Shown here: positions 26,101 to 38,776 of the stretch, piece after piece | How positions within the stretch are numbered: position 1 is the first letter of the stretch | Layout: each line of letters opens with the position of its first letter | From: Mizuhopecten yessoensis | Lineage: Eukaryota | DNA length: 64,000 nt | Assembly: GCF_002113885.1 (NCBI RefSeq) | Contig: NW_018405900.1 | Coordinates: forward strand, 344,005 to 408,004 | Direction: 5' to 3' | Made by a program: the position numbers and the translations under genes | Notes under the pieces: model-generated | What the model saw: the letters and a program-made list of their open reading frames with translations, nothing else | Databases searched by the model: none | What the model was told of the DNA's origin: nothing

Positions 26101-29100
26101 ACCAAGTGTAATGAACACTCGTCCCGGAGTCACAGTGTGTTACGACTCAAACTGACCGGAGAAAACTCACTCAGTGGAGAGGCTTGTGTTGGTCAGTAGT
26201 ATTCAGTGACAAAGCTTGTCATATTTGAATTTTAAAATTCACCATTTGATAGAGGAAATTAATAGTTGCCCATTGGAAAACATATTTATTTCACAAGTGT
26301 CACAGAAAACCAATGTTTTTACAAGTAGGCCCATAAGTAAGAAAATTGAAAGTATTCTAATACACACAAAAAACTGCCCCATTGCATTTTCCAATAAATT
26401 GATGTTTTAACTGGGTTTTTTGTAATGTTATATTGGTATATATGATGTATAGTTTCATTATATGACACATTCTAAAGGGAGATGCTTGATCCATTTCAAA
26501 CAGCTTATATTAGCATTTATTATTCATAACAAACTGGTGAATCTCAATCCGAATCTTTTCAGGGCACAACACGTTTGTATCAAGATTTTCCAATAGTAAT
26601 TATATACAGGTACTAACCCTATTTGATTCCAGATTATATACAATGATTAATTTACCCTACTTGACTCCTCCTGTACAGGAACTCTAAATTTAGTTGACCT
26701 GGCAGGGAGTGAAAGACTGAAGGAATCGGGGTCAGAAGGTCAGCGACTGAAGGAGACTCTCAGTATCAACAAAAGCTTGAGTACTCTAGGAAATGTCATC
26801 ATGGCCCTCGGTAACAAGGTAAGGGACGCTGAGTATCAACAAAAGCTTGAGTACTCTAGGAAATGTCATCATGGCCCTCGGTAACAAGGTAAGGGACGCT
26901 GAGTATCAACAAAAGCTTGAGTACTCTAGGAAATGTCATCATGGCCCTCGGTAACAAGGTAAGGGACGCTGAGTATCAACAAAAGCTTGAGTACTCTAGG
27001 AAATGTAATCATGGCCCTCGGTAACAAGGTAAGGGACGCTGAGTATCAACAAAAGCTTGAGTACTCTAGGAAATGTCATCATGGCCCTCGGTAACAAGGT
27101 AAGGGACGCTGAGTATCAACAAAAGCTTGAGTACTCTAGGAAATGTAATCATGGCCCTCGGTAACAAGGTAAGGGACGCTGAGTATCAACAAAAGCTTGA
27201 GTACTCTAGGAAATGTCATCATGGCCCTCGGTAACAAGGTAAGGGACGCTGAGTATCAACAAAAGCTTGAGTACTCTAGGAAATGTAATCATGGCCCTCG
27301 GTAACAAGGTAAGGGACGCTGAGTATCAACAAAAGCTTGAGTACTCTAGGAAATGTCATCATGGCCCTCGGTAACAAGGTAAGGGACGCTGAGTATCAAC
27401 AAAAGCTTGAGTACTCTAGGAAATGTAATCATGGCCCTCGGTAACAAGGTAAGGGACGCTGAGTATCAACAAAAGCTTGAGTACTCTAGGAAATGTCATC
27501 ATGGCCCTCGGTAACAAGGTAAGGGACGCTGAGTATCAACAAAAGCTTGAGTACTCTAGGAAATGTAATCATGGCCCTCGGTAACAAGGTAAGGGACGCT
27601 GAGTATCAACAAAAGCTTGAGTACTCTAGGAAATGTCATCATGGCCCTCGGTAACAAGGTAAGGGACGCTGAGTATCAACAAAAGCTTGAGTACTCTAGG
27701 AAATGTAATCATGGCCCTCGGTAACAAGGTAAGGGACGCTGAGTATCAACAAAAGCTTGAGTACTCTAGGAAATGTCATCATGGCCCTCGGTAACAAGGT
27801 AAGGGACGCTGAGTATCAACAAAAGCTTGAGTACTCTAGGAAATGTAATCATGGCCCTCGGTAACAAGGTAAGGGACGCTGAGTATCAACAAAAGCTTGA
27901 GTACTCTAGGAAATGTCATCATGGCCCTCGGTAACAAGGTAAGGGACGCTGAGTATCAACAAAAGCTTGAGTACTCTAGGAAATGTAATCATGGCCCTCG
28001 GTAACAAGGTAAGGGACGCTGAGTATCAACAAAAGCTTGAGTACTCTAGGAAATGTCATCATGGCCCTCGGTAACAAGGTAAGGGACGCTGAGTATCAAC
28101 AAAAGCTTAGTACTCTAGGAAATGTCATCATGGCCCTCGGTAACAAGGTAAGGGACGCTGAGTAGCAACAAAAGCTTGAGTACTCTAGGAAATGTAATCA
28201 TGGCCCTCGGTAACAAGGTAAGGGACGCTGAGTATCAACAAAAGCTTGAGTACTCTAGGAAATGTAATCATGGCCCTCGGAACAAGGCAAGCTCTGAAGC
28301 AGTGTCAACAGGAGTTTGAGTACACTAGGTAATGCCGATGGTTATATGTTAGAGTATACACAAGGAAATGTTATGATTAGGTAAGGTCTGCAGCGTTTCA
28401 GTACTACAATGTAATTGTAATTTTCAGTATGACACCCTAGTTTCCTAGAGCCAAAACAGAAGGAAATGTAATCATGGTCATTGGAATGTTACATTGAGGT
28501 TTATTCACTGTCTCTGCCCTCTGAGATAATTTCTGTAGGTACTTATATACTATAGCCCAAATAACCTAATACACATACATGTATGTAGGCATTGGTCATG
28601 TAATGAAACAAAACATCAATCACAAATTACTGTAAAATAGACAGTTTTTTTAATTGTACATGAACTTCAAAACTCAAGTTTATTGAAAAATATTTGGGTT
28701 ACAATATTGATAGTACAGTTTGTGCATGTATTGAAAAGAAACTTTTATTTTTAATACCGATTGATATGAATTATTCTTCATCATTAATAGAGATATATTT
28801 GTGTTTCAGGATAACCATATTCCCTACAGGAACTCCAAGCTGACGTATCTTCTTCAGAACTCACTGGGTGGTAACAGCAAAACCCTTATGTTTGTCAACG
28901 CCTCCCCCAAGGAGGAATGCTTTCAGGAAACACTCAACTCCTTACGTTTTGCAACCAAGGTAACTTACATTTTTTCCTTTTACCTAGAACATATTGTCAA
29001 TTTATTTCATTTACGTCACAAATGTGGAATAGGAAGAACTTATTAGCTGCTAAATCTGTCATTTCTGATATCATGTGCAAAATGTTCCAGGGATGGTTGT

Positions 29101-29423
29101 ATGGCTACATATGTGCTCCAGAGTTAGATGTCAGAATGGTTTTATGTCGCAGGGGGGAATGAATATCTGTATGCCCCAAAATTAGATGAATGGCTGTATT
29201 CTCTAGGCTGGAGCAAGTGGATATATGTCCTTTGGTTGAGGGACTGTTTATATTTCTGAGAGTTTGGTGAATGTATATACAATGCAATATACATACCCTC
29301 AGATTGGGTGAATAGTCTCCCTCAGGGTTCTGTTGTTTTACCTCCTACAGTGCCAGTAATACTATCTGTTTTTTGCAGGTGAACCAGTGCAATATTGGTA
29401 CTGCCCAAAAGAAATCAAAATGA
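10448..29423 (+). CDS. KIFC1: Kinesin-14, C-terminal motor (KIFC1/HSET/XCTK2/Ncd-like), complete, 15 coding exons, ~742 aa
   Basis: Exons: 10448-10456 (MSQ, least certain), 14045-14164, 16231-16525, 17987-18085, 18522-18774, 19218-19428, 19845-20012, 20406-20552, 21134-21247, 21584-21757, 22227-22391, 26053-26191, 26679-26818, 28810-28959, 29379-29423 (2229 nt, phases consistent). Basic Ser-rich tail, [12 protein letters not shown] motif, coiled coil, neck [24 protein letters not shown]-loop GQTGSGKT, switch I NEHSSRSH, switch [33 protein letters not shown], ending [14 protein letters not shown]. Confidence 0.95.
12685..12810. repeat. Imperfect long hairpin, probable non-autonomous element fragment
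   Basis: GGCAGTAACAATTTGTTTTTC...GTAAGTAAGAAGTTTAAAT pairs with ATTTTAACTTCTTACTTAC...GAAAAAACTGTGACTGCC. Confidence 0.55.
13003..13378 (+). mobile_element. Partial copy of the hairpin-headed non-autonomous element family also at 63075-63609
   Basis: Shares AAACTTGCTATATCC...CCCAT.CTT.A.C.GTTTTATTATAC.GATACA.AC and the terminal AAGTAGAGGTATAATAA with the 63-kb copy. Confidence 0.6.
14160..15658 (+). repeat. 39/40-bp minisatellite anchored on the KIFC1 exon 2 donor, ~37 copies
   Basis: Unit ACGAG|GTAAATAATGGAGTTAAAACATGATTACCACCAAC. The first copy is the real junction at 14164/14165. Confidence 0.95.
18890..19035. repeat. Imperfect long hairpin element
   Basis: ACAATTGTTTCAATGCTATTTGGGGAACA pairs with TGTTCCCAAAATATCCATGAAACAATTGT. 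Confidence 0.6.
22351..24545 (+). repeat. 75-bp (74-77) minisatellite spanning the KIFC1 exon 11 donor, ~29 copies
   Basis: Unit is the last 41 nt of the exon (TGACTAACCTTACCCTTGTCACAGTGGAAACAGACACACAG) plus GTATTGCATTCTGGGTCACCACTGTTATTGTCAC. Starts at 22351, 22426 and 22501. Confidence 0.95.
25225..25730 (-). mobile_element. Non-LTR retrotransposon 3' fragment (CR1/L2/Jockey-like, post-RT region)
   Basis: ORF 25419-25841(-) contains [37 protein letters not shown]...[13 protein letters not shown]...LEVV, a typical C-terminal region of these LINEs. Confidence 0.7.
26762..28286 (+). repeat. 70-bp near-perfect minisatellite spanning the KIFC1 exon 13 donor, 22 copies, with a 140-bp higher-order period
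   Basis: Unit is the last 57 nt of the exon (AGTATCAAC...GGTAACAAG) plus GTAAGGGACGCTG. Copies alternate AATGTCATC and AATGTAATC. Confidence 0.97.
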
Positions 29424-29441
29424 AAAGATGGGGAAGACACA

Positions 29442-29526
29442 AGGAACGTTGTTAGGTATGAGAGGAGAGTGGAAGAGTATGAGAGGAACGTTGTTAGGTA
29501 TGAGAGGAGAGTGGAAGAGTATGAGA
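29442..29526 (+). repeat. 42-bp direct duplication in the KIFC1 3' UTR
   Basis: AGGAACGTTGTTAGGTATGAGAGGAGAGTGGAAGAGTATGAG occurs twice in tandem. Confidence 0.85.
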
Positions 29527-30424
29527 GCTAGAGTGCTGTAGTTTTATCTTTGTCAATGATATTACACTTGTATCTGTATAATTGTTGAAGAGTACATATA
29601 AATATGAATACGTTTTTTTATGTCTTGTTCGCTTTGTCAGATCTTTTTAACAAATTTTTATATGATAAAGATTAGTTCTGATACCAAGCTAGTTTCAACT
29701 TCTATATTAATATTTTTATATAGGTGATTTCAACATGAAGTAGGATTATTTTTGGAATTCTCCCATCTGCTGAAATAGTATTCCTACGCTGACAAAATAA
29801 TATTAGCTGAAATTTTCATGTCAACAATTCTTAGTTTGTAAATAGAGAAATATTTGTAATTTATTTGGATTACTTTTCTATTAATACATAATCATCATGA
29901 AGAGTAAGACTCCACTGTGTTACCATTATGAACACTTGGTCCATTAACTTCCCTGAATCTCAACGTGATGAGGAGCCACCCACAGACTTGTATATCACTG
30001 CCCCCATTGTCTATACAATACAATATGCATTCTTCTTCCCTCACTCTACCAGAATTTTATGAAGGTGGGGTAAAAAGTTCATTTTATTTCCTGTTTTAAT
30101 ATGTCTGATGATTTTAATTATAGTCAATTACAAGAGGAAATGAATAAATTATAAATGGTATCTAGGTCTCGAGAAGAAGTGAATTCTACTATATCAATAT
30201 TTTATATCAAAGTTCAGGGCCAAATAGTTTTGTAGCTCACTGATTATTTAAAGTATGTTTATAAGGATTATCAGGTCAATTTTCTTTTTATGAGGAGGGG
30301 GCTTATGACGTGTCAAATTTACTATTTACTGTGTCTACTGACATAGACAACTGGTATGCACAAGTTTTTAGTTGTTTTAACCAGTTTAAAAAAGAGAAAT
30401 AATCAGAGCATAGTTAAACATGTG

Positions 30425-30940
30425 TTTTTTAGCTCACCTGTCCGGATTGGCTGTATTGGTATTGAAATTAGTTGCTGTCCTTTGTCCCAAACATTCTCTT
30501 TAAATGACTTCTCATGAACCACTTCATGCAAGATCAACCACATCTTTATTTCAGAAAATGCACTGGCCCCATTTGAGGCAAACAAGCGGTAAAATTTGTT
30601 GCATCTCAAAAATCTTACCAACCCCGTAGTTTTATTTTGCTATTCATCATGCAGTAACCTTAGTATATGTTCAACAAAGTTCGCAAAGGAAAGTAAACCA
30701 GACACTAGGAAGCACTTTGCAACACATTGTTTAATACTTGAGTGTTAAAAACTTAAATGCTCATACATCTTGGCCCTGAAAGAATGTATTGTTGCCCAAT
30801 AGAATATAAGAAAAGTTATTTGGGCAGAAATTTGCAAAGAGCTTGCTATAAAAGTTGTGAACATAATCTACTTTCAAGGTCAAAGACGGACCCCTTAAAT
30901 CAGTTGAGTGTGTTCAAGCCCCTCGGGCCTCTTGTATTTT
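30425..30940 (+). mobile_element. Helentron-associated (HINE-like) non-autonomous element
   Basis: Begins TTTTTAGCTCACCTG and ends with the hairpin GCCCCTCGGGCCTCTTGT in a T-rich context, the usual termini of these elements. Confidence 0.6.
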
Positions 30941-33299
30941 TATAATGACAGTGAATTGGCTTTTTCTTGATGACCTAGTGTAAGTGGTTCATGTGCCTAC
31001 TGTGTGTTTGATGAATGGGAGATGTGTTATTAATATATCACTTTGTATAACATTTCATAGTCGATTATCATAACTTGCGATCTTTTTTTCTTGTTGAGTT
31101 AAAATCAGAAAGGCAGCTTTTGTAATATGCATAAGATGTTCATAATGAATATGTGCCGATGTCTTGGAGAGTAATTGAAAAGTTTGAATTGTAGCGATAT
31201 ATCTCTGGCTGCCCTCTCTGTATGGAGGGAATTGATTGTTACACCTTTGCAAATACATCATTTTATCATGTGATTTTCTGTTATATTCAAGAAAAGAGAG
31301 AGAGTTGTTTCTATTTAGATCAGGGATGCATTGCTTCTATAGGTGATAGGAATTTTCTGTACATGTTGCATTGCCTTTGTATTTATATCAATAGTCAACT
31401 TTGAAATACTGGTACAATATCTATGTGTATTTAGCTGATCATTGAGAAAGGATCATTCATTGTATCCATGCTAGCATTGCTACTTACCTATTGTAAGGTG
31501 AAGGACTAGACTCTTTGTCCTTTGTTCTTTAATTGTTCTTTCTTTCTTTCTCTCATTCACTACACTTTTTCTGTCAGAAGTCTATTTTGTTTCTGTCTTT
31601 GCTTTCTCTCCTTTTGTGTCACATTTTCTTTCTTAACAATATTTTAAGATATGTATGTTTGTATGGGATAATAATATGAAACACAATTTGTCCTTTTAAT
31701 TAAACTAGGTATAGAAGAAATAAGGCCTGAGGAATTGCTTGATAAGAATATCTTCAGCAAGGTTTACCTAGTAATACATGTAATCTTACATCATGTGATT
31801 CCAATCATCTGATATAGCTTTTACACAATTAATGCTTTTAATACTTTGATAGAAAATGAATGATTTTTTGCCTGAATGTAAAGAGATGTTTTGAGATATA
31901 TAGATAGATTATAGAAATTGAAATATTTGAGAATATTGTAAGATCCCTGCTAGGAACATTCAGGCAAGTTTAGTGTGATTAAGTAACATGCTACAATAAC
32001 ATCCTAAATAAAGCAGGATTATATGGCAATATATCCCATTTATAGAATACAGTATGCCACACAAAAAGTTATTAATAAAAAATGTTTTTAGAGGAGGGGG
32101 GGGGGGGGAATTAATTTGGAATGTTGTGTCCGAATCGATTACTAAAGAATGTTGAATGTATTCAATGTAAGTATCAGTTTAACCCACAACAAGTTTTTGT
32201 TTAGCAAAATATCAGTTTGCTGGCTTGCTATAGCACTGTGAAACAAAAGAGATAATTTGGATGGAAAATCCTGTCACCAACTAGTAAAATTAAGTACACC
32301 TTATGTACAAGTAAAAAATGGACAAAGGGAAGTTCTAAATACTATCAAATTCCATGAAACAGATTGTTTTCTTAGGTAACTTGATGTGTCAAGCAAGCTA
32401 TAGTATTATTAAGAATTGTGAAAATCAGTTGGGTGGGACAGAGTATCTGTATTTTACTTTGTATCTTGCAAGATGTTGCCTTTATCATATAGTTGATCCA
32501 TTTAATTCTTGGATCAATAAAAAAAAAAGCTATGGCACATTTCAATAACTTTTTTGGTTGTTTTTATTAAAATTTGGAGATCATCAGTAATATTGATCTT
32601 TCCACTGTTAATTTGAGTATCATTTATCACATGTACATCAGCATGTTTATGTATATATATCAGACTTGTGTATGTTTTAAGGATAACTATGCTGCAATTT
32701 TAGGAATAAATTCATTTATCAGTAAAACATTTTCTTGTGTTTATTTTTTTATTCTTCTGAGAATATTATTGTGCATGGTGTAGCTTACAATGGATGTCAT
32801 TAAGGTAAAGGGTATGATAGAAAAGAATCAATCTTTTTCTCCATTGTATTGTCAACAAAAAGGATGGATTTTTTTCAAGCTAAGAGTAACTTCCTTTGTT
32901 AAGGTTTTCGCCTCTTGTTTTGATTTGGAGGGGGTGTCAAAATAACATGAATTTCAAATTTTTTTCTCTCGAAAAATTGTAATTCTGTAAAATGAAATGT
33001 AAGATTTGAATCATATGCAATGCAAATGTAAAAAAAGGAAAAAAAATACTAGTGCCAAGGCTAATAATATGTTTCTATCCTTGTACTCTTTACCTTAACT
33101 GTTTTCATATATGTTCTATCATTTGTGTGTTGAGGATGTAGCATGAAGATGTTTAATGAGTCTCCTGTTGAGATGGCAGCCTCCCGTTGACTAGCGTAGT
33201 GTCTATCAGGTGGTATAAAGAGGGTACATGAATTGTTGCCGATACGAGGCTGCACTCGGATCTAAAAGATCATCATTTTCTTAATGCCCACTGCGGTCG

Positions 33300-36200
33300 T
33301 CGTTTATTTCAAACTGAGACGACTGAAGATCGTATTTTTCAAGGAAAGTAATGCAATTCATCTCCAGTAGGTCGTCTCCTTCATTCTTAACTAGCTAGTT
33401 AATCAGGCCTTTTTCTCCCACTCCCCTGATTATTCTTCTTTCTCCTATAGTTCTTAGAATAACCTTCACAGATGTGGAATTGGTTTGATTCCATCTCGGG
33501 GTATAGAAGTACCATCATACAAGCGCTTGGTGGCACAACATCCAGGACCTCCTCTCATGGGGCGTTTCAACACCTGTCCTGGAACACTCCAAATATCAGG
33601 TGTAGACAGTGATCGGCCAAAAGTTGAAAGGTTTCCAGCGCTTGTCCTCTCTTCTCCAAATGACGATTGAAGACAGCTCTGCTTTTGTTGGCAATCATTG
33701 AAGTCTTCCAGTATCTGCTGGGAAACTCCTACATCCAGTTTTGTCAGGGAAAACTTACACGCTCCATCATCCCTTTATCCCCATTCATCAGAGAGATTGG
33801 CTTACTTTCCTTTCTTGCGTTCATGCACCTCCTCGCACCACTCCTTCCAGGGAACAGTCGGCTCCACCTTGACCATTCTCTCCCCTTGCTGTGACCAGGC
33901 TAGCATGTCTGGACGTAAATTTGATATTCTGTCTTTCATAAGGTTTTTTTCCTGTATTAGGCTGTGGTTTCCTAGCTGACCTGGCTTTCTGTCGTGCCTC
34001 CTCAGCCTGTTACAGTCGTAACACTTTGTGAATTTACGGTTTTGTACATGACCATTCTCTTTCCTTGCTGTAACCATAGTAGAATGTCCGGGCGAAGATA
34101 AGATATCCTGTCTTTCACAAACATTTATTCTGGTTCCCTAATTAGACAGGTTTCTGTCGTTCATCTACAAGTTAAAGTCGTAACGCTTCCCTGTGAATCA
34201 GTGGTTTTATACGACTTACTTTAATCTCATCAAACCATTTCTTTACACAATTTAATCGATCATCGTACAACTGAAATTTCTGAGCCTCGATTACAGAAAA
34301 AAAAACTGGTGATGAAACATCTTGGTCCTGACGGTCACCATCGATTTAAGAAATGGTGATCAATCTTTAGACACTGAAATCCGATAAAAGTTGGAAGTCT
34401 CTCTGTGGCAACGACAATTTTTCAAGTCTGTAGAATGGGGCCTCTTCAGTAAAAAGCCACGTTGATATGCACATATAACTCCCTCCTTACTAAGTACAAG
34501 TCTACGCCCCCGAAGCCACACGAGACCCTATACCACCTTCTGTTGGGCGACAAATGTCATCATTTCATTTTAATACTTGCGCTTGGAGTCTAATCCAAAA
34601 CCCCTCATTTACTAGATGGACGTCATATCCAAACTAAGGTACGCAATGAGTCACTAGCAATTGCCCCAGCCCAGTAGATCAACACTTGGCAAAAATGACT
34701 TCCATGTATTGTATAGATGTTGTTATTTTGTTGTTTTGTGTAATTTACCAAAAACTTAAATGTGTATATTTGGGCATTAAAGTTGGTTTCAATTGAATTA
34801 GCCGACATCCTCAAGCTGACGCATTCCACCATTGTGTGCTCTGACCACTGACTTGGTGCACTCAGGATAGGGGTCCACAGTGGTGACCAATCACTGCGCG
34901 ACAGAGTTGGGTCTATCTATACTGATGTCATCCATCCCAACCAAGCATGACCCTCTTTCTGTTGCTTGCGGTCTTCTCTTCACTACTGTCCGCCTGCTTC
35001 GTCTAATTATTTTCAATGGAGAGGAACATTCAACACACAGACTGTAAGGAAAACCTCTACAGCCAATCCTTACTATATACGTCCATGGTTACCATCTCTT
35101 ATCTTGCACTCCTCATATTTAACATTATTTCCCTTGTTGGCGTCATTGTGTCTTTCTTCTCACAAAACTGTCAATTCATGACTCCAGGCTTCCGGTTAAT
35201 GTTCACTGCAGGCTTCTACTCCTTTTTGATTTAGGATCCCTGATCCCTGGCTTACATACAATCTTGACCTCCCTTAAAATTAAAATGTGTTGACTTCCAT
35301 TTTGTATGATTTGGATTATTCTCCGCTTCTTTCTGACTAGTTCTTCCAGCGTAAGTAGTATCTGGCTTTACTGCCATATATTACCCCATTCTACTGGGAA
35401 AGAACGGTGTGAATTGGGCATAAAATATATGTCTCTATCATTCAGATGTCTGCAAAGTAAAAAGCAGGTTTGCTGGTGTTAGTAGCAAATGACACAAAAA
35501 CCGGAGAAGAAACTGATTTTGGAAACGTTGTTAATTCCAGACGTCAGCCCAGAAAAGTGATCGCAGGTATATCTTCAAAAAACAAAAGAATACCAAAGAG
35601 TCGACAGAACCGTACCTTGAACTCGAATACGATACTGGAGCCAAATATGGACAAAGGAAATACTATATTACGTGAAGACTCTTGACAAAGTACAAGGAAC
35701 AAAACGACAAAAAGTGTCAATAGTATTTAGGTCACATCATGTCCTCAAACGGAAAACAGCTGTATTGACAACGAAAAATATATTGATCGTCATATATCAC
35801 CTAGATAAAAGACATAGTTCCAAACGAGTTTAGAGTGGAGATGAGTCCCTGACCTTAAAAGAGAGATGGTTCAGAGTGAGAATAGATCAATGGGGGAAGA
35901 AGATCGACATTCACGGGCAGTTGCAGCAGCGATAAGAACAGGGGGAATTAGAAAGCATACCCTGAACTGGTGTTGCATCTGGTCTATGGATTACAACATT
36001 GAGAGAAAAAATCCGGTAGTTCCAACATGCTGGCCGATTATATCATTAGTGAGTTATTTTGAACAAGAGCTTTCATCTTGTAAGTGGCTTTGGGGGACGG
36101 ACTCTACACCTTAATATATGACATGGTCCTGGCAACCATCACAGATACAAGTGAGAGAGAGAGAAAAATAAAGAGATTGGCAGCAACAAGGGTTAGCTTC

Positions 36201-36300
36201 CCGAATTTAATGAAGGAAGGTCAACAAGAAAATAGTTTAAATCAGGCTAGAAGAATCTTCGGTGTAGCACTAGACTTGCAGATAATATAGTGGATCTAAA
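33300..36300. mobile_element. Heavily decayed LTR-retrotransposon-like coding remnants
   Basis: Plus strand near 35710-35755 reads KKCQ..YLGHIMSSNG (Ty3/Gypsy RT-like). Minus strand near 33990-34040 reads KCYDCN...H (degenerate gag zinc knuckle). Many stops; boundaries uncertain. Confidence 0.35.
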
Positions 36301-36994
36301 AAGATGATAAATAGCATTTCTCACCCTATAGGGGAATCTCAATCCAAGGGGCAGGCCTTTTTTCTATCAGATGATTTTGCCGACTGTAACACGGCGCCTG
36401 TCAAAACTATCTCGTCGTGTAAACCTCTAACAATGTTGGAGCAGGGGGGTATTCTTACGTTGCCAAACATGAGGCTTTGCATTCTACTTCATCGACGACA
36501 CCAACAATGAAAATCAAAGTCAAATCCAAGTAATGTCCTCAAAGCAAGAACCTGGGAAGCGACCACCAATTCTAGATATGATTGTTGATATTCCGTTCCA
36601 GCTTCTCTCGGTGCAGTTGACGCGCCTGGACTTGAATCCTAGTCTGTTCAGTGTAGTTTTCCTTTCCTGTTACAATAACAAATCGCTATATTCCTTTTCG
36701 AAGACGTACAAAATATGAAGAACTCTATCAATGTTATTAAATTGATCAGTTATTTTGTACAGGAATAAAAATGTATTATCAGTTGCCACGATATTTTCTG
36801 GTCATCAGGATATAAACTGTATCAGTTTTCTCCAGAATGCACGGAACTATGGAACGCCAAATTATTATATATATCTAATTAATTGAAGATGGGTCCAATT
36901 TAATTAAAGATCTAAGGTTCAATTCAATTGGGAATATGTTGTATTTGTACTTGGGTTCAATTCAATTGAAGATATGTACATTTCAAATTGAGAT

Positions 36995-38704
36995 TACTTC
37001 ACCTGAAATCTCCCCGCGCCAGTAGGCGCATAACGCCTCCACGCTTTTTTCCCAACACAATCTTTCGCTGCTGTTTTTGCGGTGTTGGAGTAGCACAACC
37101 ATATATGATGGAGTAGCTGCTGCAGCTACTCCATCATATATGGTTGTGCTCTTTTTTCAACCGTTCTTCGCCAGGTTGTTTTTGGTCTCCCTCCTTCTCT
37201 CCTCAAGATGTGACCAATCCAGTTCCACCTTCTTCTCCTTATGTCACAGCTGAATTTCAGCATTTTGGTGTTCTTGGCTGCCATCTTGCTCTCAACATCC
37301 TTCTTAGTCATTGGTATTGGAAGGTGTTCAGTTTCTTTTCTTCTGCTTTTGTAATTTTCGATGTCTCCATAAAGTAATACAGGTTTAACAAGCGACTTAA
37401 ACTGATGTATCTTTGTCTTTCTACCAATAGCTTGTGTTCCCAGATATTTCGGAGTCGGTGGAATATGCTCTTCTCTTGCCTTCTGTAGCCAGTTCTTGAT
37501 ATCACTACTACCTCCTTTATACACATTTGTCAACATCTTCTATTATCTCGTTGTATAAGAGGATATTTTCATCCTTTCTTGCTTGTTCGCTCCTGACTGT
37601 CTTGTATTTTTTAGCATTAAGCTTTCTCGTATACTCTTTCTGTCTTTTCACTAAGATCACTTAGCTTTGATGACAAAAGAGCAATGTCGTCGGCAAAGTC
37701 CTGGGCCCGTATTCATGAAACCGTTCTCATGCTCAAGCATGGATTTTGTGCTCAAGTCTTATTTCTTGTTCCAGTTATAAATTATTTTAAAATCTTATTT
37801 TGTTAAAGTTTTGGACAAAAATTGAAGAAACTTGAAGCCGAATACTGTTTTCAATATTTAAAATTTGACTTTGTGATCGTTGACATGATTTCGGTGTGTT
37901 AAAAGAAAGCTGGCTTGAGCACAGAATCCATGCTTGAGCATGAGAACGGTTTCATGCCCAGGACTTCCAGGGAGGTGTTGAATTTCCACCGTATACCTCA
38001 CAGTATGTCTGCAATTGTTTTCTTCATAATCCAGTCCCTGGGCCAAAAGGAACAAAATCCTGACATAACACATCCTTGTTTCACCCGTGATCTTATGTCA
38101 AATGACTCCGATGTTTCATTCTCATCTACAATAGCACATTTAAAGTCCTTATATATCCCCATGATGGTTCCCACTATCTTCTCTGGTATTCCATAACTTC
38201 TCATTATCCTCAATAGACTTTCCCTATGCACAGAGTCGAACGCTTTCTCAAAGTCTATAAAGTGGAAATACACTGACGACCTCAATTCATTTGTTTTTAT
38301 ATTTGCGTTTCTGGTTTCTATAACAATTTTGTTATGGGACAGGGTTGTTAACCCTGCGCCCAACCCCTAATCTGGAGGACCATGGTAGTTTGTCTCGAGT
38401 GACTAGCGGTCAACCACCAGACGGGTGTTACAATCAGAGTTGTCCTTCTCCTAGGTGAGCTGCCAACCATGGCTCATGAGTACCATCTACCTATTACTCT
38501 TGTCGCTCAGCCTGGGGCCTTGCAGTGCCCAGTTACCGTGTGTTGTCGCGTGGAGACACTACATAGGACTTGCTGTGGAGAGGATATTTTGGCTATCTTT
38601 TCACACTGCTGCTAGCCAGCGGTGAAGTCTGAAAGCGAAAGATGACAGGCGTACTGACGCTACAATACCTCCACACTAGACGCATCACACAACATTGAAC
38701 ACAC
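36995..38704 (-). mobile_element. Internally deleted RTE-clade LINE
   Basis: Minus strand reads FIDFEKAFDSVHRESL..IMRSYGIPEK...VKQGCVMS, DFADDIALLS (37672-37700) and RRRWNWIGHILRR..GRPKTTWRRTVE. An RTE-like 5' region lies near 38340-38460. Confidence 0.85.
37704..37958. mobile_element. PIF/Harbinger-like MITE inserted beside the FADD motif of the RTE
   Basis: CATGAAACCGTTCTCATGCTCAAGCATGGATT.TGTGCTCAAG is inverted at both ends. The left end is GGCCCGTATT and the flanks are CTG/CAG (CWG-type 3-bp target). Confidence 0.75.
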
Positions 38705-38776
38705 CAATTGGAGATAGGTACAAATAAGTGTACATGTGTTAAATTATTTAAAGATATGTACATGAATTGAACCTAT

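Noticed and set aside
26762-28286. CRISPR-like look of the regular arrays (also 14160-15658, 22351-24545, 59215-62235)
   Set aside because: Units are head-to-tail with no unique spacers, there are no cas genes, and the context is eukaryotic introns.
22351-28286. Recursive-splicing ratchet sites at each AG|GT in the arrays
   Set aside because: The units lack a polypyrimidine tract before the AG, so use as acceptors is unsupported without lariat or nascent-RNA data.
30400-33300. Short ORFs between KIFC1 and the transposon nest
   Set aside because: AT-rich, with no recognisable motifs and no consistent chain of exons.
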